Part shown: in pieces, positions 31,330 to 35,478 of the stretch
Position numbering within the stretch: the stretch's first letter is position 1
Layout of the letters: each line of letters begins with the position of its first letter
DNA from: a virus
Reading direction: 5' to 3' (one strand)
IMG/VR virus record: IMGVR_UViG_3300045988_136057
Location: 1 to 35,478 of that record
Length of the DNA: 35,478 bases
Program-made: the position numbers and the translations under genes
Notes under the pieces: model-generated
What the model saw: only the letters and a program-made list of their open reading frames with translations
Told to the model about the DNA's origin: nothing
The model's database searches: none

Positions 31330-32424
31330 TTAAACCTTTCGTCTAGCGATACATACATAGTTAGCAGTACCAGGTACCCAGTTATTAAATTCTCTATCAC
31401 CAGCACCGCCGCCACCGCCGGCGTAGTCTTGATAGTAACTACCACTAAATTCTGTCCCGCAACGTGCTTTTCTGCCCTCTATATAGCATTTAGTCTTAAT
31501 CTTATACCAGTTAGTATTTTGTCTAATATCTAACTTTATTGGGTTTACACTAGACTCATTAATGCTTAATAGATAATGACATTCGTCCGCTTTAAATCCT
31601 TGTGGGATAGGTAGTAATTGATTGTCAGAAATAACCCCGGATACAATCACCATGTCATCATCAAATAAGAACGGTTTAAAAGTATTAGTCTTATCTTTAC
31701 CATACCAGCCTGGACGATTATAACAACATAGATTAGCCTCTGCTGTGTAGTTCTTGCTGCCTAAGTCCAAGTTAGTTTGGCCGCCACTTGCACCACCGTC
31801 TGAAATGGTATGAAAGCCACCGCCAGCTTTACGATTGATTTTAATGTACGATGTGGTAGCTAACTCTATAGGGCCGGTCATAGTACCACCTGCTAATGGT
31901 AGATATTTCTTGACCTCGTTAAGCAGTTCTTCGTATGTCGCTAGTGGTTTAGCCCCTACGGTCTTATTGTACCATTGAGGCTTGTTAGTGCTGCATAGAG
32001 AAATAAGAGGGACTGCACCGTCCTCAGAATTATTGACGCCTATATCAAGATTGCCATGTATATTGATGTACATAGAGGCAGCCGTAACATTATTGACGGT
32101 ATTGAAGAATACTTTCTTGCCGGATTCAAAGGTCAAGTTGCCTTGCATGGTATCACCAGCACGTTTGACGAATGAATCATCTAGCATTTGATTAATATCA
32201 TCTGCTAGTTTAGCCGTAGTAACAGCTTTATCTCTAAGTTTAGGTGTAGTAACTGAGCCGTCCGGGTGGTCTAATACCAACGCCTCTTTATGCTTTTTAA
32301 TATTGTCTTGAAGTTTACCGAAAAAATCATCTATTTTTTGCCAGTTCTCATTTCTAAGATTGACGTCATATTTATCGGTTTCAAGTGGTTTCAATAGTTT
32401 AACTATCGGTGTGTAGTTCGCCAT
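31330..32424 (-). CDS. Tail fibre protein (XkdV-like N-terminus)
   Basis: 364 aa following the XkdU-like gene. N-terminus YDVNLRNENWQKIDDFFGKL...TTPKLRDKAVTTAKLADD resembles PBSX-type fibre N-termini. Confidence 0.6.
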   Translation of the reverse strand: MANYTPIVKLLKPLETDKYDVNLRNENWQKIDDFFGKLQDNIKKHKEALVLDHPDGSVTTPKLRDKAVTTAKLADDINQMLDDSFVKRAGDTMQGNLTFESGKKVFFNTVNNVTAASMYINIHGNLDIGVNNSEDGAVPLISLCSTNKPQWYNKTVGAKPLATYEELLNEVKKYLPLAGGTMTGPIELATTSYIKINRKAGGGFHTISDGGASGGQTNLDLGSKNYTAEANLCCYNRPGWYGKDKTNTFKPFLFDDDMVIVSGVISDNQLLPIPQGFKADECHYLLSINESSVNPIKLDIRQNTNWYKIKTKCYIEGRKARCGTEFSGSYYQDYAGGGGGAGDREFNNWVPGTANYVCIARRKV

Positions 32425-32999
32425 TATGGTAGTACCTCTTGATTTAATGCATAGTGAGTATATTCTTTTAGCTGCTTATGTGTGAATCTTGCTAAGTCGA
32501 TATGTCTATTATATAACAAATCAACATCAAAAATCAGATTCATAGGAATAATATCCTTTAACATCATAGCGACCTTATCCCTTTGTTTCTTGACCCCTAG
32601 CGATACTTTGAAGTGAACGTTATAGTTCTTGAAGTCCTCAATGATTTCATAGTTGCCAGCACCGCATAAGGTATCAAGCAGTTCCCTCAACTTAATCATC
32701 GTGTAGGGACGTTGACCCAGCAATGCTACTAGGATTGAGAAACGTCGAGTATCGATAGAATCATTCTCTTCCGGATATAACTCTAGGATATTCTCCCATT
32801 GAGTGAGGCCGTAGTCATCAGCAGTATAAATATACTGTTCCTTAAAGATTTTAATCATCAAGTCCCATAGAATTTGAATCTCAACGGATTCGATTCTATA
32901 GATTTCTTTCATGTCATCAGAATCTCGTGTTACAGGAACAGCATACTCGGATAAGTCTATTAAACGTCTAAATGTTCCAAAGTCGATTGTATTCATCAT
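32424..32999 (-). CDS. XkdU-like baseplate/tail protein (DUF2313-like)
   Basis: YIYTADDYGLTQWENILEL motif. Follows the baseplate J gene. TAATG junction downstream. Confidence 0.65.
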   Translation of the reverse strand: MMNTIDFGTFRRLIDLSEYAVPVTRDSDDMKEIYRIESVEIQILWDLMIKIFKEQYIYTADDYGLTQWENILELYPEENDSIDTRRFSILVALLGQRPYTMIKLRELLDTLCGAGNYEIIEDFKNYNVHFKVSLGVKKQRDKVAMMLKDIIPMNLIFDVDLLYNRHIDLARFTHKQLKEYTHYALNQEVLP

Positions 33000-34078
33000 A
33001 TAGCCACCAACTCAACATTGCCTAATACTGGTATTTGATTGTGCTTTAAGTCCAATCTTGTAATGGCTCGTCCATTGATGAGTATCTGACCTACGTCAAT
33101 TACATTATCAATATCGATAACTATAGCCGTTACTATGCTCGTCCGAACAGATACATACTCGTCCTCACCTTGCTTAGTCCACTCTTTACGACGTCCTAGC
33201 AGCTTATCAGCTAGTGCCTGCTTAACCTTAGATTGAATCTCAGATATAGTATGACCTTTTTTCATGTTGACCTCAATCTTATAGTTGACCGGAACGACTT
33301 CCGCACTAACAACTGTTACAGTATGACCGATAGGGGCCAGGCCGTAACCTTTCCCCTGATTAGGTGTAGGGTCGAATACGTTTTGTACCTCTTTTACAAG
33401 TTCATTGTCAGCCTTATTGAACTCACTATTCACAATAACCAGCTTAACAGTACCGCCACCGTTCCAACAACGATATACTTTGACGCCACCAACGCCGGCT
33501 ATAGCTAGGGCTTTCTCTTGATAGTCCGCACCATTACCGCCATACGCCTTTGATTTAATGGCTCTAAAGTACCGCTCTCTAAAGACCTCAGTTTCTTCCT
33601 CGTCTTCGCCAGGTGTGATAAGTTTCGTCAACTTAGATTCAGTCAGTCCATTGAGGCCGCTTATTGGTGTGATTGTACCAATGCTATTGTTGACAACACG
33701 GCCAGGAGTTTCAGCCACTAGCTTATATCTGTTTTCAGCTGCATTGATGACCTCAGATACAGAGAAGTTGAACTCATTAAAGTTGAATCGAGTACCAATC
33801 GGAACAGCAATATTGAACTTGCCCTCGAACTCAGCGAATGTAGCAGGCTCCGGTGTAATATTAAACTCAGACGCTCGTAAGATAAGAAAATCTCTATCAG
33901 CAGTTGCAGCATATGACTGTTTTAGAATCACGTCCGCCATAATGTAAAGTTCCGCTATCTCTTGTGATACTGGCCCTACTGAGTCGAACATGACGCTACC
34001 CTCACGCTTGTCGTAGTTATCTTTTGCTCGGTCGAGGATACGTCGTATAATCCTCTCACTTGTCATGTGTTCATACAA
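32996..34078 (-). CDS. Baseplate J-like protein (XkdT-like)
   Basis: 360 aa with conserved position. Start ambiguous: TTG at 34078 or ATG at 34066. Confidence 0.85.
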   Translation of the reverse strand: MYEHMTSERIIRRILDRAKDNYDKREGSVMFDSVGPVSQEIAELYIMADVILKQSYAATADRDFLILRASEFNITPEPATFAEFEGKFNIAVPIGTRFNFNEFNFSVSEVINAAENRYKLVAETPGRVVNNSIGTITPISGLNGLTESKLTKLITPGEDEEETEVFRERYFRAIKSKAYGGNGADYQEKALAIAGVGGVKVYRCWNGGGTVKLVIVNSEFNKADNELVKEVQNVFDPTPNQGKGYGLAPIGHTVTVVSAEVVPVNYKIEVNMKKGHTISEIQSKVKQALADKLLGRRKEWTKQGEDEYVSVRTSIVTAIVIDIDNVIDVGQILINGRAITRLDLKHNQIPVLGNVELVAI

Positions 34079-34499
34079 TGCCGTTTACCACCTTTCTTAT
34101 ATCTGTGATAGTTCCGTATATCGTCTTAACGCTAAAGTCAACGGATACGTCCCCTCTATCATTACTAAAACTAAAGTCATAGACGTCCTCTATCCTATCA
34201 TCATACAGTAACGCCTCTTTGATTCGACGCTCTAACTCAGCATAGACATAAGGAATTGGCTGCCCGAATAGGTCAGCTAACTCAATCCCATAGTTCCAGC
34301 TATATATGAGATATTGATAGCGTTCTGTGTTGATAATCTTATAGATAGCTTGTTTCATAGCCTCTATCTCATCAACATAGCCTTTTATTTGTTTGTCGCC
34401 GCCATACTCAATATTATAAGTGAATGTAGGCTCTGTATACTTAATAGCGTCAATAAGAACATTATCACCGCCATTAGGTAGTAATACGCTTTTTGCCAT
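34071..34499 (-). CDS. XkdS-like baseplate protein (DUF2634-like)
   Basis: TERYQYLIYSWNYGIELADLFG motif. 142 aa. Gene order matches PBSX. Confidence 0.65.
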   Translation of the reverse strand: MAKSVLLPNGGDNVLIDAIKYTEPTFTYNIEYGGDKQIKGYVDEIEAMKQAIYKIINTERYQYLIYSWNYGIELADLFGQPIPYVYAELERRIKEALLYDDRIEDVYDFSFSNDRGDVSVDFSVKTIYGTITDIRKVVNGIV

Positions 34500-34912
34500 T
34501 ACTTAGTCGTACACCCCCTATTAGGATTGTACCAGCGGTCAAGTGCGATGTAACGCTGGCCGCCTGTTTCCTTTAACAAAATAACCTTATCTCCCATTAC
34601 TAATTGATTGTGTACAAGGTACTTTTTACGGCCTTTGTACTCATGGTTATGACTAGCGAACTCAGCATATCCACCACCACCGGAACGATTCTCTGTGATA
34701 TGGTCGACGCTCATTTCCATAGTCCACTCGGTCGTGTTCTTAGTTAGGACGATGTTGCCCTCTTGAAGTATGATTTTAGGGTCAATCTTAATCTCCAAAG
34801 GGTCAACGCCTACCACCTCACCAATAATCACCTCTAGCGGCTCAGTAGCCCCTACTGATTCAAGGGCTATCTGTTTGATAGTATCGACTAATTGGCTGTA
34901 TATAGAATCCAT
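34499..34912 (-). CDS. XkdR-like baseplate protein (DUF2577-like)
   Basis: 137 aa. EPLEVIIGEVVGVDPLEIKIDPKIILQEGNIVL pattern. TAATG junctions on both sides. Confidence 0.6.
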   Translation of the reverse strand: MDSIYSQLVDTIKQIALESVGATEPLEVIIGEVVGVDPLEIKIDPKIILQEGNIVLTKNTTEWTMEMSVDHITENRSGGGGYAEFASHNHEYKGRKKYLVHNQLVMGDKVILLKETGGQRYIALDRWYNPNRGCTTK

Positions 34913-35478
34913 TAGCTAGCCCCCATTCTAATAATCTTAGTCGGAGCCTCGTCATTATGCCATGCATAGTTGACGTTGCCATATTTCATAGCATAGCCAC
35001 GTTTCGATGAGTTACCAAAGCAACCACCTGAGCCGTCTGCTATTACAACATGGTCGTCATTGCCATATATGAGCAAGTCGCCCTTGTTAGCATTGCCTGT
35101 GTACTGCTCAGTAGTGTAGCCTTTAGCCTCTAAGTTTTCTCTGAGTGTATCCACCCTTGCAGTACCCTTATTGAACTCATCTTTCAAATCTGAGTTGTAA
35201 TAAGAGCCCGCTGCACATACTGTATCAGCACAGCCATTACTACCATATTGAGAAACTCGGCCGTCATTAGCACTAAACGCCGTATCGACTTGTCCAGCTG
35301 TACCGCCTGCTGCTGTTTTCAATGTAGACGCCCCCTTTTTATTTTTGGCTTTTTCAGCTTGAATCTTTTTGACTGTTTCAGCGTCTGTGTCTTTCTTGAC
35401 CTCATAAGATTGAGGAGCGTCACCCCAGCGTAAATCTAAAGTCATACTGTGATAGCCAGTTTTAAAGTCATGAGTAAC
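34912..35478 (-). CDS. C-terminal part of the hub/XkdQ-like protein (same gene as 1..1033) carrying an NlpC/P60-like cysteine peptidase domain
   Basis: In frame with 1..1033 through the 55-bp overlap, giving 1,545 nt and 514 aa in total. C-terminus NGCADTVCAAGS ... KGDLLIYGNDDHVVIADG resembles the Cys...His arrangement of NlpC/P60 hydrolases. Confidence 0.7.
   Translation of the reverse strand, partial: VTHDFKTGYHSMTLDLRWGDAPQSYEVKKDTDAETVKKIQAEKAKNKKGASTLKTAAGGTAGQVDTAFSANDGRVSQYGSNGCADTVCAAGSYYNSDLKDEFNKGTARVDTLRENLEAKGYTTEQYTGNANKGDLLIYGNDDHVVIADGSGGCFGNSSKRGYAMKYGNVNYAWHNDEAPTKIIRMGAS

Noticed and set aside
29957-32424. Diversity-generating retroelement or other targeted hypervariation in the fibre genes
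   Set aside because: The genome has no reverse transcriptase gene, and I noticed no template/variable repeat pair. The only repeat in this region is the 27-bp collagen-tract duplication.
1188-33912. Minus-strand alternative-frame ORFs nested in larger genes (1188..1373, 4884..5135, 10022..10249, 10942..11145, 13454..13660, 23114..23305, 26341..26535, 30073..30267, 30682..30900, 33718..33912)
   Set aside because: They sit fully inside well-supported genes in another frame, have Arg/Leu/Ser-rich odd composition, and lack RBS context. The only nested frame I kept as a low-confidence candidate is 28471..28920, because of its membrane-plus-coiled-coil architecture and shared RBS.
78-35433. All plus-strand ORFs in the track (e.g. 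78..359, 2452..2808, 13651..14007, 19416..20009, 22228..22626, 23161..23559, 30578..30931) considered as possible genes
   Set aside because: Each one lies antisense inside a longer minus-strand gene that has recognisable function or good start/RBS context. None has its own RBS or promoter that I could see. Their sequences are low-complexity Ser/Leu/Ile-rich shadows typical of antisense frames.

Overview
The window is a complete phage genome of 35,423 unique bp. Bases 1..55 are identical to 35424..35478, and one tail gene reads straight across that junction. The phage is PBSX-like with a contractile tail. Every credible gene is on the minus strand, and adjacent genes often overlap at stop/start junctions (TAATG, ATGA, ATGAGTAA). 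In transcription order (high to low coordinates, wrapping) the modules are:
- an XRE/Cro-like switch with palindromic operators (24395..24664);
- recombination and replication: YqaJ-type exonuclease, RecT, a replisome organizer with origin-like iterons inside the gene, a DnaC-like loader, RusA, dUTPase, a C5-methyltransferase broken by one in-frame TAG, and a DUF3310-like protein;
- a sigma-region-4/DUF1492-like putative late activator;
- a packaging module with no separate small terminase: DUF1540-like, ParB+DUF4417, a RadC-like JAB protein, TerL with an N-terminal extension, portal and a Mu-F-like protein;
- head genes;
- tail genes: sheath, tube, chaperone with an A_AAA_AAC -1 frameshift site, tape measure, LysM protein, a hub fused to an NlpC/P60-like domain, baseplate and fibres including a collagen-like one;
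- lysis genes: holin, single-domain M15 endolysin and a spanin-like gene with a second open frame;
- three early accessory operons of small unknown genes behind near-consensus promoters (25145..28228);
- a ~560-bp ORF-free island (24581..25144).
I found no integrase, CI-type repressor, tRNA, rRNA, CRISPR array or reverse transcriptase.
The best leads are:
1. Two promoter-plus-terminator small-RNA candidates carrying CUCC (anti-Shine-Dalgarno-like) motifs in the ORF-free island.
2. Early operons that share a GATTATAT-N6-ATATAATC operator. One ends in a ribbon-helix-helix gene, which resembles an acr-aca operon. The set also encodes a very acidic protein that could be a DNA mimic.
3. A protein anchored in membrane at both ends (unimolecular-spanin-like) downstream of a domain-minimal endolysin, which hints at a host with an outer membrane (diderm).
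All functional calls come from motif recognition by eye and gene order. No database search was run.
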